Below, piece by piece: positions 36,063 to 49,510 of a DNA stretch of 64,000 nucleotides. The position numbers and the translations under genes are program-made. Positions within the stretch are counted from its first letter, which is position 1, and each line of letters starts with the position of its first letter. The notes beneath the pieces were generated by a model. The model ran no database searches. It had not been told where the DNA came from and saw only the letters and a program-made list of their open reading frames with translations. The stretch comes from Trichodelitschia bisporula (lineage: Eukaryota), in the NCBI GenBank assembly GCA_010356995.1, contig ML996687.1:125803-189802 (forward strand). The letters are read 5' to 3'.

Positions 36063-39000
36063 TCAATCCCCACCCGCCATCCGCCATTTAGGCTCCGAAA
36101 TGCCCTTGGGCTCATGCTTGTCTTCCGACTGATTCAAAACATAACCAACCACCTCCTCATCAGTGTCTATAGACCACCATTGCTCAGGGCGATCAATGAC
36201 ATGGGGATGATGCCTGTGCTTGGACTGGGAATGGAGAAAACTAGGCACTTCCCCATCGACCACCACGCCATTGAAGTCGACCGGCTTCCGGTGGTCATGC
36301 TCATCGGGTTCTCGAGGGGCCCGACGTGCGAGATGGTACTCGTCGGTGATCCCGGGAGAGCTCATGTGCTCGCCATTAGGTTGCTCTAGATGGTCAGCAA
36401 GCGAGCCGGCACCTCCAGGTTAGAGGACACACCCTCGGAGTCGACGGCGTACCTCACATAGCGCCCCGTAGGCTTGGGATTTTCCTTCCACAGCCTGGTA
36501 TGCAGCAAATTGTAAACCTCCGGATCAACCTCGACACTCTGCTTCTGACGCTTAACCTTATTAGCAGGCTCCTGGACCTTGACATACTTGTCGTAGTACT
36601 CCAAACCGCCATCTTCCGGCTCGCCAGCATAGTTAGGCGGCATGGGACCGCACTCGAATGTTCCTTCGTGCTCAATGCCCTTGTCGCGACACTTCCACCA
36701 CTCTTCCTGCTTCGCATGCGTGGCGTTGGATTTCTTCATCCATTGGGCGCGGGCCTCGGCGCCCCACATCTCCTTGCGGGGATACTTGACAATCAGCGCG
36801 TCGACGCACTTTACGTAGTCGTCGTGGACGGACAACCAATGCGGAGGCCAGCTGAATAACTTTGGAGTCGGGGGGAGTTCCTCTCCGCGGTCCTGCTTGG
36901 CTTTAACGTCGTTGCAGACGGCTTCGAGGCGCTCGTGGTAGATGGTGGACCAGTCGTCTTTTACGCGCTTCTTTCCAGCGGCTTTATCCGCCTTGGCCTG
37001 ATCTTTCGCGTGCTTCTTGTCCTGTTTCTCATCCTTCTTACGCTGCTTCTCGGCAGCTTTCTGGACCTTCTTACGGGCCTTTTCCTCCTTCTTACGCTGC
37101 TTTTTTGCTTCCTTTTCAGCCTTTTTGCGGGCTTTCTCCTGCTTCTTTTGTTCTTTCTTCGCCGCCTTTGCGACTTCCTTGGCGGCCTTCTTCGCCTCCT
37201 TAGCGCTTTTCTTGTCAGCGGCTTCTTGTGTCTTCTGAAGGGCATTCTCTTCCAGTTTCCGGGCCTTGTCGGCTGCCTCGGCTGCCTTCGGATCTTGAAG
37301 CATCTGCAATTTTTGCTCCTTTGGACTCAGGGGTATTTCGTCATCGCTATCGCTCTCTTCGTGATCGTGACCGAGGGTGTCACGCCGGTGGAGCGTCCTG
37401 TGCCCTTCCTTTTCCAGTCGATGGATCTCCTCAAGTTCCGCCTGGTGCTTTATATCGTGGTCTAGCTTCTGGGCGGTTGTGATCCTCATGGGGCCATGCG
37501 CTATCCCCGCCAGTGCGATTTCCCGGTCATACCTCTCCCGCTCCTCGGCGTCCTTTCCGTTGTAATCGACATATGCCGCGTTCTCCTGTGAAACTTCGTC
37601 CGGACTGACCTTGTACTCCGCCGCGATGTTCGGATTCACCGGCTCGGGGGGTTCCAGGTCCTTGACAGCAGCCTCATCCTGAGCGACCATCTCGTCGGCA
37701 AGCTTGTCCAGGTGCGTTGAGTCGTACTGCTGCTGCTTAAGCAAAGCTTTCGCCCAATGCTTCATTTGCCTAGATTTCTGCTCGAGGTACCAGTCACTGG
37801 TGGGCATTTCGTAAGGATAATGCAGCCGTGGGATGATGTCGTCGTACTCCTTTGGAGGACCCCACGGCGGCCGTTCCTCATCATCGTCGCCGCGCTTCAC
37901 AAGGATCGGCTCGCCAGTCGGCCGAGACTCCGTATTGCGCTTCATGAGATTCTCGTCAATCCACCCCGTGGCCGCCACTTCCTCATCGACCCACGTGGTA
38001 GCCACAGCCTCAACCGTGCGACTCGGCAGCGGCGCGCCCGGCTCCTCCAGCAACCCAGTAGGCACCGGCAAGTTGGCCTGCTCAAACATCTTCTTAAGCG
38101 CAATATCGACATCCACGAAAGCCTGCTGTTTGCGATTCGCACGCTCCTCCTCCGTGAACTCCGGCTCGGCGTCGTTGTCCTGGCGCTTGACGAGGCGATT
38201 ATCAACCCAGTCCTCTACCTCCGCTGGCATGGGCAAGTCGATATCGTCGTAGAAGCTCAGAATGGTGTTTTTCGCGACCTGCTTGAGGTCGTCAAAGGTT
38301 ACTTCGTAGTTGTCACCCCCCCCGGTAGACTCGAAGTTGTTGGGCGAGCGCTTGACGAGCCGCGAATCGACGAATTCCCGTACATCTGCCGGCATGGGCA
38401 TGCCGGCCTCTTCGTACGCGCCCTCGATCTCAAACTTTGCGGCTTGCTTGACGTCATCCTCGGTCACTTCCGCCGGGACTGGTACACTCGCGTATTCATA
38501 TACGTCTGCCACAGCGAGTTTCGCAGCGTCCTTACCTCCGTCTTCTGCTGCAGGGACGTTGTCCCACCCGGTACGCCCAAATACCGGCAACGGTAAATCT
38601 CCGTTTTCGCGCGAGTCAACGAAATCCTTCACGTCCGCGGGAGTCGGCAGATGTACCTCTGCGTACATATCTACGGCGGCAATTTTTGCGGCGAGTTTGA
38701 CTTCCTCCTTAGTGAGCGGATCGGTTCCCGCATCGCTGGGTTTGAGGTCCTCGGGCGTGCGCTTGACGAGCCGGGAATCGACGAAGTCCCGTACATCCGC
38801 CGGCATGGGCATGTCGCCCTCTTCGTACGTGCCCTCGATCTCGAGCTTCGCAGCATGTTTGACGTCATCCTCGGTTATTTCCGCCGGCATCGGTACACTT
38901 GCGTATTCATACACGTCCGCCACAGCGTGTTTTGTGGTATTCTTGCCTGCGTTTTCGGTCGCGAAGTCGGTTTCCCACACGCTGGGGTCAAACTTCGGCA

Positions 39001-41398
39001 CCGGCAGCTCTCCATCTTTCTGTGAGTAATAGAAATCCTTTATTTCAGCTGGCATCAGCAGATGTGACTCTGCGTACACGTTCGCGGCGGCCATTTTAGC
39101 GGCGAGCCTGACTTCCTCCGTGGTCAGCGGGTCGGTGCCTGCATCGCTGGGCTTGAGGTCCTCGAACGAGCGCTTGATATGGCCTGATTCGACAAAGGCC
39201 GCCACATCCGCTGGCATCGGCAGACCCGCGTCGGCGTACGTCTGCTCGACAATGATCTGTGCGGCGAGCTTGAGATCGACCTGCGTCACTTCCCCCAGTA
39301 CCGTCACTGCCACCGGCTTTGGTAGACCTGCGACTTCATACACTTTCGCAACAGCGAGTTTCGCAGCGTTTTTGACATTGTCTGCGGTCTTCGGGCCGTG
39401 TTCACCCTCTGCGTGCTCGCGCTGCGACTTAAGGTAGTCCTTTGCATACGCCGGAGTTGCGTCCTCCCCGGAGTGGACAAAGGCCCGTACATCTGCTGGC
39501 ATCGGCATATACGCATCGTTGTACAGGTCCTTGATGGCGAATTTAGCGCACAATTTGGCTTCGTCTTCAGGTGTCGACTCGGCATCTCTCACAACGGTCT
39601 CGAGGACTTGGGGTGAGCGCTTGGCGTGACGCGAGGCCTGCACCTTCGCCGGCTCTGGCGACTCCGTATGCTTGAGCACGGCGTCCAGCGCGAGATTCAC
39701 GGCGTCCTCGATTTCGGAAGAGGTTAGCGGGCCTGTTTTCTTCGGGCGGGCTTCGAGGTTGTTGAGCGCGCTTTTGGAGGGGAGAATGGTCGGGAGGATG
39801 CTCGACGGGGCCGGGGACCGGGGGACGAGGGAGATGGGTGCCGGGGCTGGCAACGTGTGCTGGACCAATTCGTGCGGCCAGTGGTCTTCCGAATCCTCCT
39901 CCACAACCTCGATGACGGGCCGCACGGGCGGGGGCCGCGCGCCGCGCATCAGCTTCAGGACGTTCGCGATGACGGCCGGGAACATCTGGTCGACGTCGAT
40001 GACTGTGCCGACGTGGACGGTGGGCGCGGCAACAGTGGGCGCAGTGACGGCGGGGACGGCGACGGTGGGGACGGTGATGGTTGTGGTCGTGCTCTTGACC
40101 GTGGTAGCGGGGACCTTGATAACCGTAGTCGACGTGAAGACCGAGGTGATGTCCGAGACCGAAGTTGTGGGATGCGGCGTGACCATCGTTTTCGTGAACA
40201 TCACGCTGATGGAAACTGGGGGCGGGACTAGCGACGGGGGGAGCTCGGCCCGCGCAACCTTCGGTCCCTTCTTTGTCATGGCGTCACCGACGGCGATGAG
40301 CGTTTCGAGAGGGACGTCGTCGGGGGTCGAAGGGGACGGGGACACGCTGCGCTTGTGAGCAGTCCCAGTGGGGCCGGCGATGAAATTCGTGGCCGTGACG
40401 ACATCCCAGACTTTCTCCTCCACCATGACTGTGCCCACGCGATCTGAGCCAAGGGGATATGTGACTGTGGACGGTGGGACGGGGTCAGGGAAACGGACGG
40501 AGCGGGCATGCTTAAGCGGCGTGGCCGTGACCGTGACGTCTTCAACCGCCTCTTGGATATACAAAACCGTATACTGCCCTTCCGGTGGCGCAGAGGTTGA
40601 GGTAGACTCTGCCAGTGTGGCCGGATGGGCGGAGCGGGGAGTGAGTACGGGCCAATGCAAGCTGGTGAAGACGCGCGGGGGGCCGTAAACGAAGATTGAC
40701 TCAATGGCTTCAATTACCCAGCTCGTGGCCTGGGCCTCTGGTTGAATAACTTTGGTGCCATCTGTGATTGGGGCGGGGTTCGGGTAGTCGCGCTTGGTGA
40801 TAAGCGGGGTGGGGTTAGGGATGTACGACATGGCCGTGACAACCTTCACAACTTCCTCGGAAACCATGACTGTGCCCACGCCATCAGAGCCAGCGGGGAA
40901 CGTAGTTGTCGTGGGGACCGGAGTGGGGAAGCCAGCGGAACGGCGGGACAGAGACAGCGAGGGGTCAAAGGTGTAGCTCGTAAATGTTACCACTTGCGCG
41001 ACTTGCTCAGATACCATGACTGTGCCCACGCCATCGGAGCCAGCGGAGAATGTGGTTGTCGTAGGTGCAGCCGGGTCGGGCAAGTCAGCAGAGCGGGCGG
41101 ACAGATGCAGAGCGGGATCAGAGATGTACGACATGGCCGTGACAACTTCCACGACCTGTTGGGAGACCAGAACCGTACCCATGCCATCCGACCCAGCGGG
41201 CAAGGTGATTGTCGTGGCCGGGCTCGGGTTGGGGAGCTGAGCAGAGCGGGGGGAGATGCGGGCCGTTGGAACGGAGGACGGGGTGACCATGGTCTTTGCG
41301 AACATGACACTTATGGGTACACCGCGCGGGACCAGTGAGGAGGTACTCCCTGAGTACCCACCTGGGAACCCAGGATGGGTGAGGGAGAGGGGTGGCAT
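36063..41398 (-). CDS. Large (~1,760 aa) repeat protein with recurrent KR/xR sites (intron 36386-36432)
   Basis: 1670-codon ORF plus GTGTGT…GCTGAC…TAG 47-nt intron joining the 36063-36365 frame; two internal repeat families and a Lys/Ala/Glu coiled coil. Confidence 0.8.
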
Positions 41399-41834
41399 GA
41401 TTGTGCCACCTGGGGATTGAGGTGGGTGTGGTTGTGGTGTGTGATGGTGGTGTGTGGTGTGCGTGGTATGGGTGAAGTGGTTGTGGACTGAAGAGGTGTG
41501 GGCGAGAGGAAGGAAAGCAGAGCAGGGCAGACCGGGTTATATACCTTCTCACACTTGGTGCTAGACCAAGAAGAGTACTGTTGATGGAAGTGTTCTCACA
41601 GTAGAGTAGCAGTGGGAACGTATGCTGGAGGTGATCGGATGAAGAGGAGAATCAAGATGGGCGGCCGACTGCTTTTATAGCATTTGGAGCCTTTGGATGA
41701 CGAAGCTGAGTTCCGGGCCAAGCCAGGACAACGTGGAGAGTCGTAAGTGTACCGTACTTTGAATGGGTCCTGATGACGAAGCCCACGATGCTTTGGGGAT
41801 GGTGTTGCTTTAGCGAGGGATGCGTACCGTGGTT

Positions 41835-42440
41835 GTCGGTGATGGTGATGCAATACCGCGAGATAGGTCCCAAGATATCAGCCAACACTATCGTAATTCC
41901 GTCAGCATTTATCAAGAAAGATACAGAGAGTCTGCAAAGAGTCCTAGAAGTGTACGATTACCACCGCGTAGTGGCATCATTGCGGCTCCTCAAGCGGCGA
42001 CTTGTCCTCTGCAACTCGTCCTGATGACGGCGAGCATTAGCAAGAGATGAGTACCGTACGCTTTCGATGATGGCGATGAACTACCGCGAGGTGGCTCCCC
42101 CGATATCATCTACACACACTGCACTTCCCTCAGCATCCATCAAGGCAGCCACACACGCAGCCCGTAAAGGGCCCTAGAAATGTAAGTCTACCGCCGTAGA
42201 CACGTCCGTTGTAGAAATGGCGCTGCATTACCGATGGGCGAGTACTGTAGCCTTCGGTGATGGCGGTACACTACCGCAGAAAGGTCTCAAGATCTCCTCC
42301 AAAACTACGGCAAATTCGTCAGCATTCATCAAGGCAGCTACCAAAGGCTCAAAAAGGGTCCCAGAAGCCTAACTTAACCAAGGTAAATGGCATCGTGTGA
42401 CTCCTCAAGTGGCGAGCAGTCCTCTCCAACTCCGGTCCGT
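41835..42440. repeat. Three degenerate ~190-230-nt tandem repeats upstream of the large repeat gene
   Basis: GATGG.G…TACCGC…GAT.TC…TCAGCAT..ATCAAG…CC.AGAA recurs at ~41841, ~42069, ~42259. Confidence 0.8.
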
Positions 42441-43023
42441 GACCGCGCAACCGCGGTTCCGCGCGGGCAACACTTCGCCGATCCAGGAAGGGTCTACTGC
42501 GAATGTGTCCTCTTGTGGGAGTGGAGACTCCATTTGTGTTCCCGCTTCATTCGCGTTCTGTAAACTCCTTACCCATCTTCGAGAGTTGCTCGAGCATTGT
42601 TCAAGAGCTGTTCGAGAGCTGTTCGAGAGTCGACTGAGAGCCGCAGAGTGCCGTGATCGGTTGTTAAATCCCTAACCCGCAATACCTAACCCACGTCTCC
42701 CCAACAAGATTAGCCAAGAGCATTCCCTACCGGTAAGCCACCCTTTAAGCTTCAAACTTTGTCTCACAAGCCGCGTCACACTCCCAACCATGAAAAAAAT
42801 ACACTCCGTTGAACTACCTACCGATCAATAGCAGCGCCACCGGCGTCTATCCCGTCTCTGTGCCGACAACCCCTCCCAACAAGGATAGTATTCACAAAGC
42901 CCTCCAAACGAAAGCAAGATTGCCCATACGCCAAAAAAATCATATCCTGCCAACATGCCCCAAAACGCCCGCCCATGCAGAAAACGAAGAGCAAAGGCTA
43001 CATATACCTTACACTCCCCCCTC

Positions 43024-43148
43024 NNNNNNNNNNNNNNNNNNNNNNNNNNNNNNNNNNNNNNNNNNNNNNNNNNNNNNNNNNNNNNNNNNNNNNNNNNNNN
43101 NNNNNNNNNNNNNNNNNNNNNNNNNNNNNNNNNNNNNNNNNNNNNNNN
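43024..43148. other. Assembly gap (125 N)
   Basis: Run of n flanked by C-rich sequence. Confidence 1.
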
Positions 43149-45627
43149 TCCCCCACCACCCCCCCCCATAAGCGGCGCCCTCTGCGCCTGCCACCCGGGC
43201 GCACTCTGCGGCCCATAATCCCCCCTCGGCCTATACGGATCATACCCCATCGGCGCCCCCACGGGGGCCTGGGGCCACGAATTAAGCGGCTTACGATTGC
43301 GGCGCATTTTGCGGGACTTAAAACTCCGCCATATGCAGCTGATAATCATGAGCAGGATGAGGCCGCCGACCGCAGCGCTGATGCCGATGACCAGGGGCCG
43401 GTGGTCGTCGATCCAGGATTTGATTTCTTTGCCGAAGTTGGAGCCTTTGCATGCGCCCTGTTTTGGGGGTTAGTGGTGGGCGAGGGGGTGGGATAGAGGG
43501 GTGAGGGGGGGGGAACTTACGTTGGAGCATTTACCCCCGCCGCCGCACGGCGTTCCGTCGAGGAAGTTTTGCTGCAGGCCGTAGCAGACGCCAGAGCCGA
43601 ATTCTGGACTCGCGCAGGACAGCGTGCATGTCTGCGAGTCGCACGCATAGGTATCGTTCCCCGTCGTGTACCCGCCCATCAGCGTCTTGCACTGCAGATC
43701 GCGGCTGGTGCAATGCCCACTCGCACATTTCAACCCACTTCCACAACCCTGCCCGTCCGGCGCCGTAGTATCTGCGGGACAGAGCGGATCGGCCCCCGTG
43801 CACGTCTCCTGCGGATCGCACACGCCCGTACTCGCGCGACAAACCGCCCCAGCAGGAGCAAGCTGGCAGCTGCGACAGCACTCCTCGTTCGCATCATCAC
43901 ACACCGCCCCGCTCTTGAATTTACACGTTGTGGGATCACAACACGCATTATTCCCGCACCCTGTCGTGCCACCACAATCACAATCCTCCCCCGGCTCCAC
44001 GATGCCATTCCCGCACTGCTGGCCGGTGATAGTCGTCACGCCCTTGTTATTACTGAGGCAGAAAGACTTGACGCTATTCCGGCCCATGGCCGAGCATATA
44101 TTCCCGATGGAGCAAGGGGAGAAACTCGTGATGCCCTGCACGGTGGACGGGTTCATGATGTATTTCTCGCCGGCGTCGCAGGTGGCGCTGGTGAGGGGGC
44201 AGCATTGCTGCGCCTTTGAGGTGCCGTCGGTGCAGGTGTCGCTTGTGCAGTCGTGTACGGCGCCGAAGGTGTGGCCTGTTTCATGGCTAAATGGTCTGTC
44301 AGATAGAGCTGATTGTGAGGGGGGGAGGGGGGACTCACGCAATAACCTGCCACTCGGTATTCGTCCTCGCAACCACATTCGCGCCGCTAACCGTCTGCTT
44401 CCCGGCGCCCGCCTGCGTCGCATTCCTGCTATCCGCCGCCTGGACACACGCCTGCCCCAACCAGGCCAGGCCCACCGCACTCCCGGTGGGACAATTCGTC
44501 AACAACGTCCAGTGGGAGTAATTATCCTGCTGCGTGCCACGCCACGCGGAGAACAGGTTCAGCCTTTCCTGGATGTCGACGCCTGTGGCCGCGCACGGCT
44601 GATTCCACCTAGCGCTGTCCGGGGCACTCGCCGGACACTTCGCGTTAGAGACGATGAGGTTCGCGAGGCCGAGGGAGATGTTGAAGGTGCGCTCGTAGAG
44701 GCTGGATGCGCTGTTCATTTGGCTGATGATGTTGGACTTGGCCAGATCCGCCGAGGTGAAGGACGCGGTGTATGCGCAGTCCGTGGCGACGCCGACGAGG
44801 GCGACTTTGCGCGTGCTGGGACACCCGGCTGTTTGTCCGATTGTGCTGGCGAGATTCACGCCGCCCGTGTTGCCCGCCCCGGTGCCCGTGTCCATCTGGC
44901 GCTTGCCGAAGAGGTGACTAACAGGTGTGGACCAAAAAGCGTCCTCGTCGTCGATGCCCGAGTAGACAGGATGCAGCGGGTCCATATTGAAATCCAGCCG
45001 ATCGGCCGGACAACCCAGGTCCACATCGCGCTTCCTCAACTCAATATGCCCACCCCCAGCATCAGGCCTTATATCCGAGTCACGATAAACCACCATCCGC
45101 CCCTCCCCCTCCTCCAGCACCGGATCGGCAGCCAACCTCGTCGCATCCCAATTCTCCCTCAACTGCACATGGTAATTATCCCTCCCCACCGCAAATACCC
45201 CATCAAAAACCGGCTCTTCCCCATCCTTATGCACCGTCGCTCTCGCCCACCCGACCTTCTCCCAACCACTTCCCTTCCTCACCCACGCATCGCCTAGGAA
45301 AACCCGATGCGCGAGTCTATCCACAACCTCCGTCCTCTCTACCTCGCCATCTTCGCCCAAATACCGCACTGTCGCGCCCTCGGGCAGTATATCATGGTTC
45401 GGCTCGAGCGCTAACCGTACATCGCTATCGAAGGCCTCGAAGCGCAGGCTGAAGTGCGAGAGGGCTGTGACTTTCCGCCCGGGTGCGTCGATGACGGCGT
45501 TGCGGACGAGCGTGATGCGGCTGAGCGGATTCCGGGCGACGGACGAGGCTGCGGCGAAGGAGGCGAGGACGAGGAGGAGGAGGAGGGCGCTGGCGCGCGA
45601 GGCCCGAAGGCCTTGAGAGGGGATCAT
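43149..45627 (-). CDS. ADAM metalloprotease-disintegrin (ADM-B/Mde10-like); C-terminus runs into the gap (introns 44287-44338, 43458-43520)
   Basis: Signal peptide, prodomain, GVATDC, HETGHTFGAVHD zinc motif, Met-turn YIMNP, CGNGIVE.GEDCDCG disintegrin, TM helix. Confidence 0.95.
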
Positions 45628-46787
45628 TCCTCCGCGATATGTGCTGGGGGCGATATTACCGACGCTGAATTGGGTAGACGATAGATCGGAGGATCGGGGA
45701 GGGAGCTGAAGCCGGTGAGATGCAAAGAGCGATCATAAGCCTATTCGCCCCAACGCAACCAGACGCAATGCTGTTAGAATCCTCAAGAAAACACAAAGAC
45801 AAAAGGAAGCAGAACGAGTAGTGTCGATGTCGTGTAGCAAAAGGTTTGAGCGACAGTATCTGTTGTGGATGTCGTTCTCTCTGGCACGAAAGATGCGACA
45901 GGCGAACCTCTCACAGCGTTGATCCCTTGCCAAAGGGTTGAAAGAGAGTGGATTTCAGGTTCGAGGGGGTCCGACGTAACACACTTTGGGGCGACACGGC
46001 AACACTCCTCAACACTACCCCTAAACAGGTTTAGCGCCACAAGCTCACTCGGGGCTGAGCAACGGGGGCCTTGGCAATTGCGCGTCTATTTTTGCCTGGG
46101 AAACGGGGTTTGCAAGGACTTTGCAACAGAAGTCATAGTACGCCACCTTGATAGTCCCTGCTTTCTCCTGAGCAAGAACTGTGGCAAAAGGCAGCTATAA
46201 CTTTCTTGATGGGGGCATGAGTTTTTCGCCAAGCCCTAAAGGGTAAGGCAGCCGTAGGGCCGGAAGTATGATTTTTGCGTGCAGTGGGCATCTTATCTTA
46301 TCAGGGTGGAGAGGGCAGATCTGCACAGCCGCGCTGCGGACGCAAGGCATCCAACTGGCTTTTGCTGCGCAGCAACACTTTTTGTCACTGTGGAGACGGA
46401 GATAATCACATCTCACATCATCTCGACCGTAACTTTGCACACCTCACCATCGCCATCATCATCAAGCAGTGAGAAAAAACCAAAGAAAATCGCATTGATA
46501 CATAGCACAGCGCCCCCCCCCCCCAACGCCCCGCTCATCTCCATACCACAGCACACCTCGTCGGAACATCTTCCGTTTCGCGTTTCTCGCCTCAGACACT
46601 CACAGCATGAGCCTCACCCTCCGTACTCTCCACCACCCTAACACCTATCTCACTTCCAAGAAACCATCTCACCCAAGAAAACCAAGCCACACCAACTAGA
46701 ACTACGACGGCATCCATCCATCCTTCCGGCCCAGCCTCATACGCGTCCCCAACCCTCGGCATGCCAGACCGGACCAATAGCCCGCGC

Positions 46788-49277
46788 TTACTTCTTGCGC
46801 GAGGCCTGCACGGTGGTGATGATCTTGTCGACGACGGAGGGGTCGGAGAGCTAGTCCCGTTAGCTGCTGTACAAATACTTGCATGCTGCATATTTCTCCG
46901 CGATGCCCGTCCGGCTGACAGGAAGCCAAGCGTGCGGGTCGCACCCCCAAGAGCCCGACCCCGCTCGACACCACCGCCAACCCCGCGGCATCGTCACCAC
47001 CACTTCAGCAACATCGCGGGGATCGGAGGCCACGGGACCACAGCTCCAAAACACAACAAGAACGCAGGATAAGAGGGCAAATAACTCACCGTCGAAGTAT
47101 CCCCCAGCTGATCCTCCTCCCCCGCCAAAATCTTCCTCAAAATCCTCCTCATAATCTTCCCACTCCGCGTCTTCGGCAAATCATCCACCGTAAAAATAGC
47201 CTTCGGCGCCGCAAACGGCCCAATGCTCTTGCGTACCTGCAGCACAAGCTCCTTCTTAATCTCATCCGTGTGGTCGAAGCCCTCCTTCAGGCTCACAAAC
47301 GCATTAACCGCCTGCCCGGTAAGGTCATCGCTAACGCCCACGACCGCAGCCTCGGCCACCGAATCTGCACCCGTTAGCCCACGTCTGCGCCTCGATTATC
47401 GGGATACTCACGGTGCTCAATAAGCGCGGCCTCGATCTCCGCCGTGCTGAGCCGGTGCCCGCTGACGTTGACCACATCGTCCACACGCCCCCGGATCCAG
47501 TAATACCCCTCGTGATCGCGCCCCGCGCCGTCGCCCGTGAAGTAATACCCCGGGTACACATTCAAGTAAGTGTCCATGTAGCGCTTGTGCGCGCCCCACA
47601 CGGTCCTGGCCATGCTGGGCCACGCCTGCTTGAAGGCCAGCACGCCCTCGACGTCGTTGCCTTTGATCTCTTCCCCGCTGACGGGGTCGATGATCGCGGG
47701 CTCGACGCCGAAGAAGGGGAGCGAGGCGCTGCCGGGCTTGGTCGGGGTTATGCCGCCCAGGGGCGTGATGACGTGCGAGCCGGTTTCGGTTTGCCAGTAC
47801 GTCTACGGGATGGGGTCAGCCTTGTTTTTTTTTGCTTTTTCTTGGGGAAAGCTGAGGGGGGGGGGGAGGGGGGGTTGAGGGGGACTTACGTCGACGATGT
47901 GCGCCTCCTCCTTGCCCACCGTCTCAAAATACCACTTCCACACCTCCGCCGCAATCGGCTCGCCCACGCTCCCAAGCACGCGCAACTTCTTCATCTTCGC
48001 CGTAACATGATGATCGCCCGCGCGCTTCAGCAGGCGCAGCGCCGTCGGCGCAACATAAAACTGCGTCACCTCATACTTCTCAATGATATCCCAGTAACGG
48101 GAGAAATTCGGATGCGCAGGCGTGCCCTCGAACACCACCGTCGCAACACCCAGCAGCAGCGGCGCATACACAACATACGTATGCCCGGTAATCCAACCCA
48201 CGTCGCCGCCGCAGAAAAACGTGTCGCTCGGATGGATATCAAACACGTACTTCCCTGTCGCCGCCGCGCCAACCAGGTACCCGCCCGTCGTGTGCATGAC
48301 GCCCTTCGGCTTCCCGGTGCTCCCCGAGGTGTAGAGCAAAAACAGCGGGTCCTCGGCGTTCATAGGCTCTGGCGCGATGTACGCGGGGTACTTCTCGAGC
48401 TCCTCGTGCCACCACAGGTCGCGGCCGGCGGTCATGGGGACGTCGGACCCGGTACGCTTGAAGACTAGGCAGTGCGTCACGTCGGGGCATTGCTTCAAAG
48501 CTTCGTCGACGATTTTCTTGGTCCCGATCACTTTGCCGCCGCGCTTGCCCTCGTCGGACGTGATCACGACGCGCGACTGCGCGTCGATGATCCGGTCCTT
48601 CAGACTGCCCGAGCTGAACCCCGCGAACACGACGGAGTGCACGGCGCCAATACGCGCGCAGGCCAGGAACGCGACCAGCGCCTCGGGCACCATGGGGAGG
48701 TAAATCGCCACTGTGTCGCCCTTCTTCACGCCCATCATCTTAAGCGTGTAGGCGAGGCGGGACACATCGCGGAGCAGCTCGCCATAAGAAATCTTGCGTC
48801 CCTGCCCAACATCATCGGCCTCGTAGATAATCGCCGTCTTATCCGGGTTGGCGAAGGCATGCCGGTCGACGCAGTTGTAGCTCGCGTTGAGGCGGCCCTC
48901 GAGGAACCAGGCGTTGTCGCCGTTGGCCAGGGACCCGCTGTGCACGGTTTGGAAGTCGCGCTCCCAGGTGAGGAGTTCCCGGGCCAGCCGGCCCCAGAAT
49001 TGGTCTGGCTTGGTGATGGATTCTTTGTAGAGTTCTTCGTAGTGCGCGAGATCCCGAAGATGGGGTTGCGAGGGGTGTTTCCTGCTGGGGTTAATTGGGG
49101 TTACACAGGAGGTGGACATGGGGGCATACTCGAAATACGGCTTAGGCACTGTGGGGGGGGGGGGAAGTTGTTAGCGGTGGTGCTTGAGACGGATGGAGGG
49201 AGAAGCTCACCATGGAAAGTGTCGACGTTGTGGGCCTCGATCACGACGGGCGTCGGCTTCACGTCACCTTCAGACAT
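46788..49277 (-). CDS. facA: Acetyl-CoA synthetase (multi-exon; last intron 46851-47089)
   Basis: [70 protein letters not shown], end [11 protein letters not shown]…ASRKK. Confidence 0.97.
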
Positions 49278-49499
49278 GATGACGGATCAAAGCGTTATAG
49301 AAAGACCAATTGGTTTGAGTGAAGAGAGAAACAAAAGCAGAGCAGTAAAAAGCAAAGCTGACACAACGTCTGGCGCTGAAGAGTAGGAATCGGTTCAGTG
49401 AAGAAAGAAAGCTTTTTGAGGGGCAGGTGTTGCGGACTGCGGGGTGAATTAGGGGGATATGAGGGGTGGGATGGGGGGTCAATTAATACGAACCCCGAC

Positions 49500-49510
49500 C
49501 GGGTAAATGG
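49500..49510 (+). promoter_or_regulatory. CSRE-like element (Cat8/FacB site) upstream of acetyl-CoA synthetase
   Basis: CGGGTAAATGG matches CGGNYNAAYGG, ~225 nt upstream of the ATG; SYGGRG (CreA-type) site at 49439-49444 nearby. Confidence 0.55.

Noticed and set aside
42825..43023. ADAM C-terminal continuation beyond the N gap
   Set aside because: The frame across the gap is unknown, and the sequence looks like 3' UTR
43666..45297. Long antisense ORFs (e.g. 543 aa opposite ADAM; also opposite ACS, AAT, carboxylesterase, WD40)
   Set aside because: Shadow ORFs expected from high-GC codon bias; no independent motifs
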